From Coniocarpon cinnabarinum (lineage: Eukaryota), in the NCBI GenBank assembly GCA_051942205.1, contig JAVECO010000134.1, forward strand, positions 1 through 64,000: 64,000 bases of DNA. The letters run 5' to 3'. Every line of letters starts with the position of its first letter. Position 1 is the stretch's first letter. A program made the position numbers and the translations under genes. Positions 51,125-62,682 of this stretch are shown here, piece by piece. Below the pieces are notes generated by a model. The model ran no database searches. It worked only from the letters and a program-made list of their open reading frames with translations, and was not told where the DNA came from.

Positions 51125-52444
51125 ATATTGCAGCTCCCGGAACATGTACTGCAGCACATTTGGAGCAAGCTCCATCCAGATGACTTTCGATCCATCACTG
51201 CCACATGTCGCCAAGCGTGTCGTATTGGGTATTTTCGATGCATCATCGATCTCTCCAAGATGCATCCAGCGACTGTGCTTCACGACATCTGGCGCCGCCC
51301 TCATTTGGCTAAAACCGTCCGTGTGTTGAAACTTGAGCAAAGTCGACCGCAGTACAAGAATCCGCCTCTCCATCAGATCCGAGAATGTCAACAAGCGCTT
51401 GTCGACAGAGCCAACGCGATTTCAGATACGCTATGGGTAACGGCTGAGGAGCAAGAGTGCTTGCTCAAAGGAAACCCATCGGTCGCGTTGTGGCTTCTGT
51501 TGGCGCTTCTGCCAAACTTACAAGATGCCGAACTCATTGGTCAGGAGATCTCGCACAATGACACAGTGAGGCGCTTCCCTGCACTTATCGACTCTATGAC
51601 AAGACACGTCGAAGGACCTGCACCACCGCTTTCACATCTGCGAACTTTGAAATTGGACCCGGATTTCCGGGACTGCTCGGTAGAGGCCCTCACTCTCTGG
51701 ACCGCCTTACCAAATATCACGTGCATTCACGTTGATGGTCTCAACTCGGAATGCTTTTCGGCTGGAGCCCTACCAGGACCCGCAAATCAATTGATCCGCC
51801 CTTTTGCATCGTCCCTAGAAACTCTTCACATTACGTGCCACTCCGGAACTATATATTGTGATTCAACTTCAAGCTTTCGGTATATGCTGCAACAGCTGAA
51901 GCGCTTAAGAGAATTTGAGCTTGCTCACACATCGAGTCAATATGACTACCACATGCCCGGGATCCCTGACTATGCTGCTGCGGTCGTCGACGCGCTGTCG
52001 CAGGCGAATGGAAGCACGTTGGAGACATGGTCCTGAGAGGCCGCTCGGCCTTCCCAGGCGGAAAGGCAATAACTGGCTTTACCGGTCTTCAGGTGAGCTC
52101 AGCAGTTCACGTTGCATGTCTCTGATCTTAACGCTGTCACAGAAGCTCAAAAAGCTCGAAGTCCCGTGGTTTTGCCTGTTCGGTGCGAACAGGTTTGAGC
52201 GTATCCTGACAGGTCGGCCCTAGTGCATATACTTCCACCCACAATCGAACAGCTGACACTCGATCTGCGCGCAATCAATGGATGGGTGCTTGAGTCACTT
52301 TTTGCCAATTGGTCGACTCACAAGCAGCGCAGACTGCCCAAACTACGGCGCATTATGTATACGAGTTTGGGAGACATTTCAGGCATTCTAAGGAGCCTCA
52401 CCAAGAATTCTCAGACACAGTGCACAGGGTTTGATGTGCGCTGA
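51125..52444 (+). pseudogene. F-box / LRR-like pseudogene (no ATG, two frameshifts) or an assembly-error copy
   Basis: LQLPEHVLQHIWSKL..DFRSITATCRQ F-box; LPNLQ/LSHLRTLKL/LETLHI/LREFEL repeats. In-frame TAG at 51080 with ATA at 51125 instead of ATG; 1-nt shifts near 52028 and 52221. Confidence 0.65.
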
Positions 52445-52502
52445 GAGTTGGAGCACTAGTTACGTTGGTTCTTGCGAAGCGTCTCCCACACCACAGATCG
52501 CC

Positions 52503-52534
52503 CAAGAGATATTATCAAGAGATATTATCAAGAG
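52503..52534. repeat. 13-bp tandem repeat (caagagatattat x2.5)
   Basis: Direct reading. Confidence 0.8.
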
Positions 52535-53295
52535 CGTCAGGAACTAATTCTGCCGCTTGAGAGTTTCCGCTGCTCTTAGGGTTTCCACGCGGCTTATACT
52601 GGCGAATGAATACCTCCGCGTGTTTTGAAGTTTTGGCTCTTCCAATGCGAAGCGTATAAGCATTCACAACACCCGAGACAGCTCATTTCTCGGCATAGAG
52701 ACTATCTGGCAATGTGCACCTCCATTGAGATTACGTCATGTGGTACCGCTGACTTCATATACCATCCTGAGATAATGCAGAATTAGCAGTAAAACGAAAC
52801 GAGATAAGTGGTGAAGGTGGATTGGACGCACTAAACCCTAACCCTCACCTCTTGTGCGGAAGTATAAGATAATCACGTGACATTGATGAGCCGCTGTACC
52901 ACAGCTCAGCTTGGCACACACATCGAGAGAGGATGCGTCTATCCTGACGAGGGCCGAAGATTGCAGACAGCAAGCTTGCCCTAAACTTGACGAGCGTTCT
53001 GGCATATCTCGCGAGCCGTCTCTGCAATGTTGGCATGAGGCCTGCATGCTCTAGGCCGCCCAGTGTCACATACGCCTGCGATATCATGCCACGTATCCGA
53101 ATCCCTCCGCCCCTTTGATCGCAGTAGACATCGAGGCAGGCTGTTGAATGAGGGTACGTCGCCTGTTCGCATATTCGGACATGCGACAAGCACGCTTTTG
53201 AGTCTGCGGCACGTGTCCCAGGAGGGAAGAACCGAAAGCCTCTTCATCGCTTCGATAAGTGCGCTCTGTTAACCTCCGATTGAGTGTCATTGGCG

Positions 53296-53816
53296 ATGTC
53301 TCTTCCACTCTGGCTATCATTCAAGCCAGACCTACCCAACCTTTTTGGCCAGGAACGCGAAGTGAAGTACACAGTCCCACGAGACGGAAAAATAGTGAAA
53401 CTTGTTTGGACATATCCCAATAACGGAGGCCCGAACGGCAACGAATTCGAAAAGATTCGTAGACAAATTTCTCAGAAGCATCGGAAGTCTGAGGACAAGC
53501 CAGATATCATCAACCGTGAAATTCTTGATGCTATCCGCAAGGCTCTCCCTACTCCCAGCAAGAAGTTCTGGAACGACGTCCCTGCTAATAGCTACGTGGA
53601 CTGTACCGTCAGGTAGGCTTAGTCGTCCTGTGCTGTTCACCGACAACAGCGTCGCTGATGTTCGTCCAACTCAGAATCCAAGAAGGCTCGAGCGCACATG
53701 GAGGCACTTGGTCGTTTGAGCTTACTCTGAGGGAAAATCCGAAAGTGAGATGGCCTCCGCAATCAATGAATGCCAATCAGTGGCCCAACCCTCTTTCGTT
53801 CATTTTCGGCTCTTGA
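53296..53816 (+). CDS. Uncharacterised ~152-aa protein, paralogue A of tandem array (intron 53613-53674)
   Basis: ORF ends at AG|gtaggc; ctgat branch point and tcag acceptor; open second exon. Shares motifs with B and C. Confidence 0.7.
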
Positions 53817-53884
53817 AACAGCTCATGGCTATTGCGGAAAAAGTTTGCCGAGGTTGAATATCGAATCAACTTACGCATTGAAAA

Positions 53885-54168
53885 TGCAGATCGAATGAAT
53901 GCATATGCTCGCGATCCCATACCTTTCCGCTCTTTCTTTGCCTTCTGTCAGCATTTGCTATGGCCCGGCTCGCGGCAACATGTTCGCGGCTCGCAGAATG
54001 ATCCACATCCGCTATGGTGTTGCTTTGTGTTCCTTCGCCACTTCGTTGTGAAACGCAGTACGTAGCAATTCCCGAAGATTCCCTTGGCCAGGCCTTTACG
54101 CGCTGAACACGTCGCGCTGTCAGGAACCAGAGCATACATGTGGCCAAAGCCTGTCTCATTATAAGGAT
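53885..54168 (+). promoter_or_regulatory. Conserved upstream block, copy 1 (before paralogue B)
   Basis: Collinear with 55084-55378: aatgaatgc.atgctc.cga, 2x cggctcgc, tccacat.cgc, ttgtgaaacgca.tacgtagc, gaacac, tcaggaa, aca.gtggc, tataa. Confidence 0.75.
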
Positions 54169-54262
54169 TCTCTATACAGCAGCTTTTATCCTCAGACAAA
54201 CAGTCGAATAATCCTATCACAACATCACATACATATCATCAGCTTCTACACTTCTTTTTGTG

Positions 54263-54747
54263 ATGGCGAACTTGTTTGAATTTTGGCGTCAGGCCCCCCA
54301 CACATTGCAGCACACCATCGATGGAAAGACAGTGACGATCCATTTCCATTACAGTTTGTATCAAACAATGGCGGACCTCTTTACCAAAGAAGGTACTGCC
54401 TTCGAAGAAATGCTCCTCCACCATTTCCCTACCGAGGAAAAGTTCCCAGAATTTAAAGAGTTTTGGGATCAGGTCGTAGAAGGCGATGTGCTAGAATGTA
54501 AAGTGCAGTGAGTCGAGAATGATTTTACTTTACAAAGAAACGTAACTGAGTCTGCTTATCTCTTAGCCACGGACCTACATGCAAAGGCCCAATCAGAGAG
54601 GATGTGTGGAAAGCGTCTAACCCCAGCGTGAAGTTTACTCATCACAGTACAGAGAAAGAGGAGAGGGAGAACAGGCCCAACAGTGGGGACGAGAGGAAAG
54701 AATCTACCCCAGAGTCAAGCAAGGGTTTTAAAAAGGAAGAGCATTAG
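54263..54747 (+). CDS. Uncharacterised ~141-aa protein, paralogue B (intron 54508-54566)
   Basis: CA|gtgagt...ttag|C. Exon 2 reads HGPTCKGPIREDVWK...FTHH...KEEH*. Confidence 0.72.
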
Positions 54748-55083
54748 CTCGCGCAAATTAAAGCAGCGCACGAGGGACGATGCTGTGCCCGTAGGCTAAT
54801 CATAAGCTGAAGCCACGCATTTATCTATCCAAGAACTCACGCCTTGACAAAGAGCTATCATCCCTGCGAATGTCAAATTACCCGTACATTATGTTCACAG
54901 TAGCCGCACGCTCCTCATGATTAAGACTTGATCGGGTGTGTCACGTTCAACTTACAAAGTGAATCTAGTCAATCACATCACAACACAACATGCTTAGACA
55001 GGCGTATAAGTTGTAGGAGTATATCCTTTTTGGGGAATTTTAGGACTTGTACTTGTGCAACATGCAGTGCTTATAAAGTCAGG

Positions 55084-55378
55084 TGCGGAGAAAATGAATG
55101 CGCATGCTCACGACACCAGGCTTTTGCGCTCTCTTCACTCTTTTTCTTGTCCCTCTATGAGCGGGTATGCTGGCTCGGCTCGCGATGGCCTTGCACACGG
55201 CTCGCGGTATACTCCACATTCGCCACAGAGCTGCTCTGTGCTCCCTTGCCATTACCTTGTGAAACGCAATACGTAGCTTTCCCACGAAATCCTTGCGCCC
55301 GACCTCGAAATATGGAGTAAGAACACCTTGCGACATCAGGAAGCACAGAAGACACGTGGCTATTGCAAGCTATAAATG
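55084..55378 (+). promoter_or_regulatory. Conserved upstream block, copy 2 (before paralogue C)
   Basis: Homologous to 53885-54168. Confidence 0.75.
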
Positions 55379-55474
55379 TTCGTCTTATTATATGCACCCT
55401 CTGAGTAGGAGCAGACGCCCTTGACATTATACTTGACATACGTCGTTAAGCTTGCTTTTGAGTCCCCTCTAAAG

Positions 55475-56097
55475 ATGGATACGAATTCCTACGATCTAGA
55501 TGACGGCCCAGTGGCCGTACCTCGGAAAGAACCGGCGAGGGCCGGTGATCGATTCAGCGGCGAAGTGACTATTGGGGGGAAGACCTACAACGTCTCCTTT
55601 AAACATAGCGGCAGTAGACTACGTCAATTTGAGGAGCGCCTTTCGTTCCACTCAGACCGCAATGAGAACGAAAGTCAGAAAGTCTTGAAATTGAGACGCG
55701 AAGTTGTCGCCGGATTGACAGCCTTGGGGAGCTATCCGAAAGTGGATGAATTTTTCAAGTACTACTCGGAAGCGAGGGATAGACACATGTCGAGAGGTCC
55801 TGCGGGTGAGATCACGGTATTCTGTAGGCTACAGTAGGTGCACTGTCGCTCCTTCTCAGGAGACTCACGGTGTTAATCCCCCTACCTTCTAGTCATGATC
55901 ATAGCGTTACGCATCTACTACACCCGCCACTCTTGGGTGATTTGTCGATGCAACCTGATTTCGAACATAGAGCTTCAGGCGTCGTCAAGGATTTGGAAAT
56001 ACTGAAGGGAGTGCCTAAAGTCAAAGAGGAGGAAAATAAGGGTATGAAGACAGAGCCAGGATCAGAAACAGGGAGGGAGGGTACAAAGATCATGTAG
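55475..56097 (+). CDS. Uncharacterised ~187-aa protein, paralogue C (intron 55834-55892)
   Basis: CA|gtaggt...ctag|T joins ORFs 55421-55837 and 55870-56097 in frame. Confidence 0.72.
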
Positions 56098-57022
56098 GAA
56101 CCCTGCCTTCAGCTCCCCCCTGGAGGCACGAGTCCAGCAGCATTGTCTCGATGGCCCGTCAAGTCAAGACTAAGGCAATAGCTAGCAGTGTCTGATCCAC
56201 TTGAGAGTGAATGGCATCTCTCCAGTCCGACTTTGTGCCTCTCTTTAATAAGGAAACTGTTCTGTGTTGCGACAAACCCGTGTGTTTTACTAGGTGCAAG
56301 GCGCGCTCATGCCAGAACAAACCCAATTGTTCAATGTCGTTGCAAAGGCTAGCACGGTAGACGCTTGAGGAGCTGCAATATCCTTGGCACCTGGAAGCCC
56401 TTACGATATGCAAGCATGCGAGCCAAGTTTTGAAACGTCTGGTACCTAGGTGAGAGGGCACACCAGTGTTTCATTACGTATTAGACAATCCAGGTTAAAA
56501 TAAGTGCAGGCGGTTGCTGCACTCGTAACATCATGAAGAACGACTAGCAGGCGCTGTGCATAGTCACCGCAGAATGAAGACAGCTCGTCCTGAACCGAAG
56601 CCCGCAGTATCAGTGCAGGTGCTCCCGTGCTATTTGGTGCGAGATCGGCTAGAAGGGAAGCCACGAGGTGCTCAAGGCGGAACAGGGTCATTTGAAGGAA
56701 TGAGCAGTGCTCTGGATTACCGATGTCTTGGAGCAGTGTTGGTTCGGCTGTCACGAGCTCGCCCAGCCGCGGCGAAACCGTGAATATGACGGTGAACAAG
56801 CGTCAAAGGCGTCTGGTAGCCGTTGTGAATAAGATATTCGGAGTCAGATCTTAGATGCGCAAAGGCATGGGTCTTCGATTGATCGGAGCTGTGTAGGCAC
56901 CCCTTCAAAAATGGGATTTCTAATGCCTCGGTTTGGTACACCCTTCTGTTGCTGCATTGCACAGGAACAGTCTCAGATAGGGTCACTACCTGAGCATCTA
57001 GCGCATGCATCCGAGCTGACAC

Positions 57023-58947
57023 TCACGGTACAGAACAAAGCTTTTCGAACTTCGTTCGTGCTTGCTCATTCCAAGCAGATCTCGCTCCAGAAACTAATCT
57101 TGGGGTGTGACCCAGTACATTTCGCTCCTGCGCGTTGATCGTCTTCGGCATGACACCCAGTAGGATGTCTACAGTCTCCTCATCTGCATACATAGCTACC
57201 ATGTGCAGAATGTTGCTTCCGCTGGGAAGCCTGTGCCACTTCCAATGCTCACGTGCGGGCGAGTCCAGAAGACAACGTAGGTGTGAGTGCTTGTTGCCCG
57301 TAATCGCCAAATACACTGGCGTTTGACCACCGTTGTCCGAAGCCATCGCGTTTGCACCACAGCTGACCAGTTTCGCCGTGTCCGTCACACTGCCACTCGT
57401 GACGCACCACCAAAGGGGCGTACGGCCTTGCACATCTCGTGCTTCGAGCTCTGCAGCACTGCAATGCATTAAGTCCTCAAGCGTGAGAGGATCGGGCAGA
57501 AGGCCAAGCACGATCTTGTGCAAGCGCGAGAAACCCTGTTCCTGGATCCACGAGGTCAAGTCGAATAGAGTAGTCAGTTCTTCAACATTCTGAGGTGACC
57601 AAGAATTTGCTTTTGTGAATCCCGAGAAGATGAGACATAAGGCTGTGTCTCGCGGCGTTTCGTATGACGAGCTCTGCGAGGTCGGATCCGTGCCATTTTG
57701 CAAGAGGTACCTCACCATGTCGACATGGCCTCTGAAGCACGCGCTGTGTAGACAGGATAGGCCAAACTCATCCACGTCATATGGAGATGCCAATCCCTTC
57801 TGAAAACAGTCCCGCACAGAAGCAACGTCACCGAGGTAAGAATGACGGAAGGCCGGACCACCTCTTTGACGGACGCGTGGCAGCTCAATGACGATTTGAA
57901 AGCCGGTAACGGAGATCAGAAGCATGCGGTCGAGAAGCCAGCGAGGCCAGTAGAAATTGATGCTTCTTCTGTGGATTTCCTGGGTTTTGCACGTAGGGAG
58001 ATCACATGCCGGTGGATACCAAAGGCCCCCTCCTGTATACGTGATGCGAAGAGAGCCGCACAGCGCTGCTAGAGCAGGTGACGATGTCCAGCTTGAGCGC
58101 TTGTGACAGGCACATTGACACCAGTCACGGCATGCCTGAGGCTGTACAAAACGCCGCTTGTGCACCAAGGGTCCAGAAACTTGGGGAGACAGGACCGCGT
58201 TATCTATGCCAGGGTATTCAACAGCGTCATAGAACGCTTCCTCAAGATCATCGCTTGCAATAGACTTCACTGTGCGATCCGAAACAGCGGGAGAGCGTCG
58301 ATGATGTAGTTCTGGTAGGGTCTGCAGATAATGATGAAGCTTCTCTTGGGATTTGACCACCACGTCTATTGACTGTCGACTCAACAGAATCTCTTGACTT
58401 GTTGTTTTGATTAGCACTCACAACCCTCTTGAGTGCAGATTGCAACCAACACTTACTATGTATACGACGACAACGACGTGGATATGTTGGATCTGGCTTC
58501 GGCAAACTTAAGCCGCAGTTCGCGAATGCGAGCTCTATTTCTCACAAACTGAATGGCGACCTTTTTGGACTTTACACTGCTCGGCTCGATCTCGGTTGAG
58601 CACCAACGTTGCAAAGCCAGGATCTCAGAACGGTTCATTGCATCATGTCTGAACTTTGACTCTGACTCTGACACTCGATGTGACTTACCGAGCACACGTC
58701 CAATAATTAGTTGTTGAAAGCAATCAAAAGCCTTCTGCAGTTCATTCAGTTGACTTGTAAGCTGATGATTGAATCCTACACTCTCAACAGCTGTCAAAAC
58801 TGTTTCCAACGCTTCGATCTCTTCCAAAAGTTCAGAGACCTCGCGAGGTGCGTGGTGCACGTCACGGAGTTTTCGCAGAGCTTTGGTGGCAGCAGTCGTC
58901 AGGCCCACTACAGTGACAAGGCTTGCTGTAAATGACAAAGGATCCAT
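57023..58947 (-). CDS. HeLo-like (fungal STAND N-terminal) domain + Cys-rich linker + ankyrin repeats, no NACHT/NB-ARC seen (intron ~58399-58456; a further 3' exon is possible)
   Basis: MDPLSFTASLVTVVGL...DVHHAPREVSELLEEIEALETVL; CRDWCQCACH; ankyrins GLSCLHSAC, GRTPLWW, GQTPVYLA, GSNILHMVA, GHTP. Confidence 0.85.
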
Positions 58948-60179
58948 ACCAACCTGAGGAGTGAACCTGCTTGCGTGGGCGTCGTCTGATGCACAGGGGT
59001 GCGAGCAATGCGTGCGAGGTTGGTGCTGCAGCAGGGTTGCACTGGTAAGCCGAAGGAATCTCTAGGCTCTGCAATGGAGAAGGCCGCTCCTTTGACATTG
59101 AAAGATGTTGGACCATCATGATTCAGAGCTGGAGATGCAGATGCCGAATGGTTCGGGATCGGCTCATGTGGTGATCTGATCCTCAATGAATCCCGCCCCG
59201 CCATCAGTCAGGAACCTACAGAACCAACCCCGTTTCAGTCAAGGTTCATGGCGCAGCGTCTACACTTGGTCCGTTTTCGAGGTTAGCGATGGGGGCCGAA
59301 TGTCTGATGCATTTCGGGTCCCAAATGCACAGCCAATATTGCCTGCGGATCAGCGGCACGAGCCTCTTGGTCACTCTTAGTGAAACACGGGTGACGGTAG
59401 GGATACCAAGGTTCTGCCTTGCCTGCGTCGTTTTTTGGGCACTGCTATCGCATGACAAAGACTCCAGGAGTGACGGCAGGAGGGGAACGTGGCCCGTCTC
59501 CTACTAGCACCTCCTGGGAAGGTTAGCAAGGATGTCGATCAGGCGCTTTTTCTAGAGTATCGATCAGACGAATTCCAGCAGTCGCCAACAAACAGACGCA
59601 CGGGTCTAGTCGACATTGGAACAACGCGGACGCGGTGACGCTTCGCTTGTTCTCGTGCAGTCGTCACCTCACGCTAGATGTATTATTCACACAAAACCTA
59701 CAACATGTGCACCAGACGTCGTACAAGACAGTACCCACCCAGGACTGGTGTAGTAGAGGCGAGCGCGGTGAAGCTAGTGTACGCGGTAGTGTACGGCATT
59801 GAATATTCCCGCACATCGCGTTAACCTAAAATACAGGTTGTACCTGTGCCCGCTTACGCGGATGACAGCCAGGAGCCGCGGTCTCACGATGGCACAGGCC
59901 GTTCGATTGGTGTGATTGGCTACGCCGGAGTGCATGTAATATGCTCGTGTGGATGCAACCTCAATCAGGCGCCAAAAGTTTGCTGAAATAGGCATCAGAG
60001 CCTTGCTCCCACACCACGCGATAGCGACAAATGCTCTTCTCTACTGTCCGTTTATTGACTGCAAATCCTATTGAGTGTGAGCATCGTAGAAGCCTATGCG
60101 ATCACCAGGAGGTATCGGTGTTAATGTATACAAGATATAAGACTCAATTGTTCGCCCTCTGTACCTCACGAGGAATGAC

Positions 60180-60847
60180 TTCGTCAAGGGTCCGTCCCAG
60201 ATTCATGGGCAGTTCAATGCGTCCGGTCCCGGGTGGGTCGCATACATCGTACATGGTATCCTAACCACATAGCTTAGGCATCCCGCCCAAGTAACAGGAG
60301 GCGCCTGCCTTGCTCTCCCGATTCTCGTCTTAAGACGATGTACGATGTTCTCCGTATTCCCTCGCAACGTCGCCAGAATGCCTTCGCACAATCATGTAGA
60401 AATCATGCGCGGGCTTGATGCGCTTAGCCTAGACCTGAAGCGGTTCATGCAAGCATGCCGACAGGATTCTTCTGTGAGCAGTGGTCAGAGCTGCTATGTA
60501 GAGACGCCTAATCAAGACGAAGCCCAGACGTTCGAGAATCATTTGTCGAAGATTTTGAAGGCACGGCTGCACGTGTAACAGTATCCTGCTTCGCTCGAAA
60601 CCCAATTCCCGTTTAACTGTACGCTATTACCGGAAGGGTAGTCGTCTTATGTGGAAACAATTGGCGCCCTGGACTTTCCCACGGTCAGGGCGTTTCGGTC
60701 AAATTTCTGGGAACATTTGAAGGTTTAGTCGTAAAGACAGAAGCTGTCGCTCTGCAAACTGCCTCGAACGCCATGGATAAGCTGCTGTGCGAAAAATTCC
60801 CAGCCGATTGGTAGGAGAAAGGCTGGATCTGGCGGGCGGTAGAATGA
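60180..60847 (+). pseudogene. Possible stop-interrupted gene remnant of unknown family
   Basis: The frame of ORF 60345-60578 reads protein-like on both sides, broken by TAG 60270, TAA 60576 and TAG 60639, then a frameshift. Confidence 0.3.
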
Positions 60848-61865
60848 GGACTTTCAGTTCCTATCCTGACCATTTATAAGTTTACATATTTATCAACCTC
60901 GCCGTGCGTCAGAGCGAATCGAGATTGTTGACGCTGTAGCGGTGCCGACAAGAGGACTCATCTCCTTTGACGGTGGAACTCGTGGGTAAAGCTCCTTAAG
61001 CGCGCTCTGTTTTTCCGAACTTGTATTGAAATAGTGTAGCTGGCTGTGCATGTTTGCATCGTATACGACCATAAGATCCTTCACGGGTTTCTGAGACTTC
61101 CACAGGCCTGTGTGCATGTTTTCGCATCACCAGATATCGTTATCAGGAATCATACTCCAGCACTTACAAAACCGAGGGTGGAAGCTGTAATGCCGAGCAA
61201 ATCTATCATGTGGTATTGAAATAATATTGACAGAGAGTCATCAGGTCAGTGATTACCACAATTCCGTCAATAAAATGCGGACTTGCAAAGAACACGCGCG
61301 AAGGAGAACTATACCATAGCTTTCCAGATCAGAGATAGCACCGGTCCTGCTAATTGGAAATGGAGACAAGCAGACGTCCCACCAACTATGTCCAATGGGA
61401 CATGACTTACACGGCTCAAGAGTCGTAAATATCATTGTGAAGCTCTGTATGAAGCTCCGTGCAAGGTGATACAGAGATCTAAACAACTTGTCGCTAATCC
61501 GGAATCACCAAGACGATCGACAAGCTATGTGCAACGGCGCTCATGGCTGTAGCACAGCCAGACAACAACTTTGGGTCGTTCTATGACATGCCGCAGACAA
61601 TTTGCTGATCCTCCACATTGTCGTCCCGAACTCGGGCAGCCGGGTCAGTATAGGTAAGACTGGAGAAGACGAGACTGATGGATGAGTGGCACGAGTGGGT
61701 ACATTTTGGAGCTCACGTGATAGTTTTCGTCAGCCACATCTACCAGCCACATTCTGTTCGCTGTAGAATTGATGCCATTACGCGCTGTTAACACTCTACG
61801 CTGATCTTCACGAACCTTTCTCATTCCCTCAAGCTTCGCACAATTACTGAAAAGTCACAGTCCGC

Positions 61866-62682
61866 ATGTCGACAATCACGCAGACTACGCTGCAAAGCGC
61901 TTATCCTCCAGAGTGTCCGCTCCCCTTCAACGCCAACCAGCCACCAACTCTAAGGCTCTATCCTCTAAGCAACTACACGTTCGGGACCAAGGACCAGCAG
62001 CCAGAAGAAGATCCGTCAGTACTCGCTCGTCTCAAGCGTCTGGAAGAGCACTACGAAAATCATGGCATGCGCCGAACCTGCGAGGCAATTCTGGTCTGCC
62101 ATGAACACAACCACCCTCACATCCTCATGTTGCAGATTGCAAATGCCTTCTTCAAACTGTGAGCCTCCACTCTTCGGCACCTGATCCTTTGAGCTTCTGT
62201 CGCATCTTGGAATGTCACTATGCTCTGTGCAACACGGCTCACACAATTTTAGACCAGGTGACTACCTCCGGGCAGAAGATGATGAGATCTCTGGATTCAA
62301 GAAGCGCCTGAACGAGCGTCTCGGGCCTGCCAATAGCCAATCCGACGATGCAAACAGCGACTGGGATATTGCCGAGACTCTGGCTCAGTGGTGGCGTCCA
62401 AATTTTGAGACCTTCATGTATCCGTTCATTCCAGCCCACATTACGAGACCGAAAGAGTGCAAGAAGCTTTACTTGATCCAACTACCCTCGAGTAAAGTTC
62501 TGAGCGTCCCCAAGAATATGAAGCTTCTGGCTGTTCCACTGTTCGAATTGTACGATAACTCGGGACGGTACGGTCCTCAGCTCTCAGCCATTCCGCATCT
62601 ACTCTCTCGATACAACTTCGAATTCGTGGACGAGGATGGCCAAGTGACAGCCGTCACGCCTGGCAGTGGCCCTTATAAGTAA
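61866..62682 (+). CDS. NUDT21: Cleavage factor Im 25-kDa subunit (CFIm25/CPSF5), intron 62159-62252
   Basis: LYPLSNYTFGTKD.Q.EEDPSV.ARL, GMRRTCEAILVCHEHNHPHILMLQIANAFFKL|PG, WWRPNFE..MYP.IP.HITRPKE, LFELYDN..RYGP.LS.IP.LLSR. Confidence 0.95.

Noticed and set aside
53866..55439. Conserved block as a small protein-coding gene (minus-strand ATYCVSQ..G.G.QS peptides, or plus-strand HIR...ALCS..L* peptides)
   Set aside because: A 1-nt indel between the two CGGCTCGC repeats and an internal TGA in copy 2 break the shared frame. The peptide similarity is explained by DNA identity, although a short uORF is not fully excluded.
56159..57022. Extra minus-strand ORFs downstream of the ankyrin gene
   Set aside because: They could not be joined into a coherent gene and have no motifs. 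They may be a decayed remnant or a short 3' exon.
61061..61180. ATACGACCATA resembling the 5' end of a dispersed 5S rRNA
   Set aside because: The similarity does not extend beyond about 11 nt.
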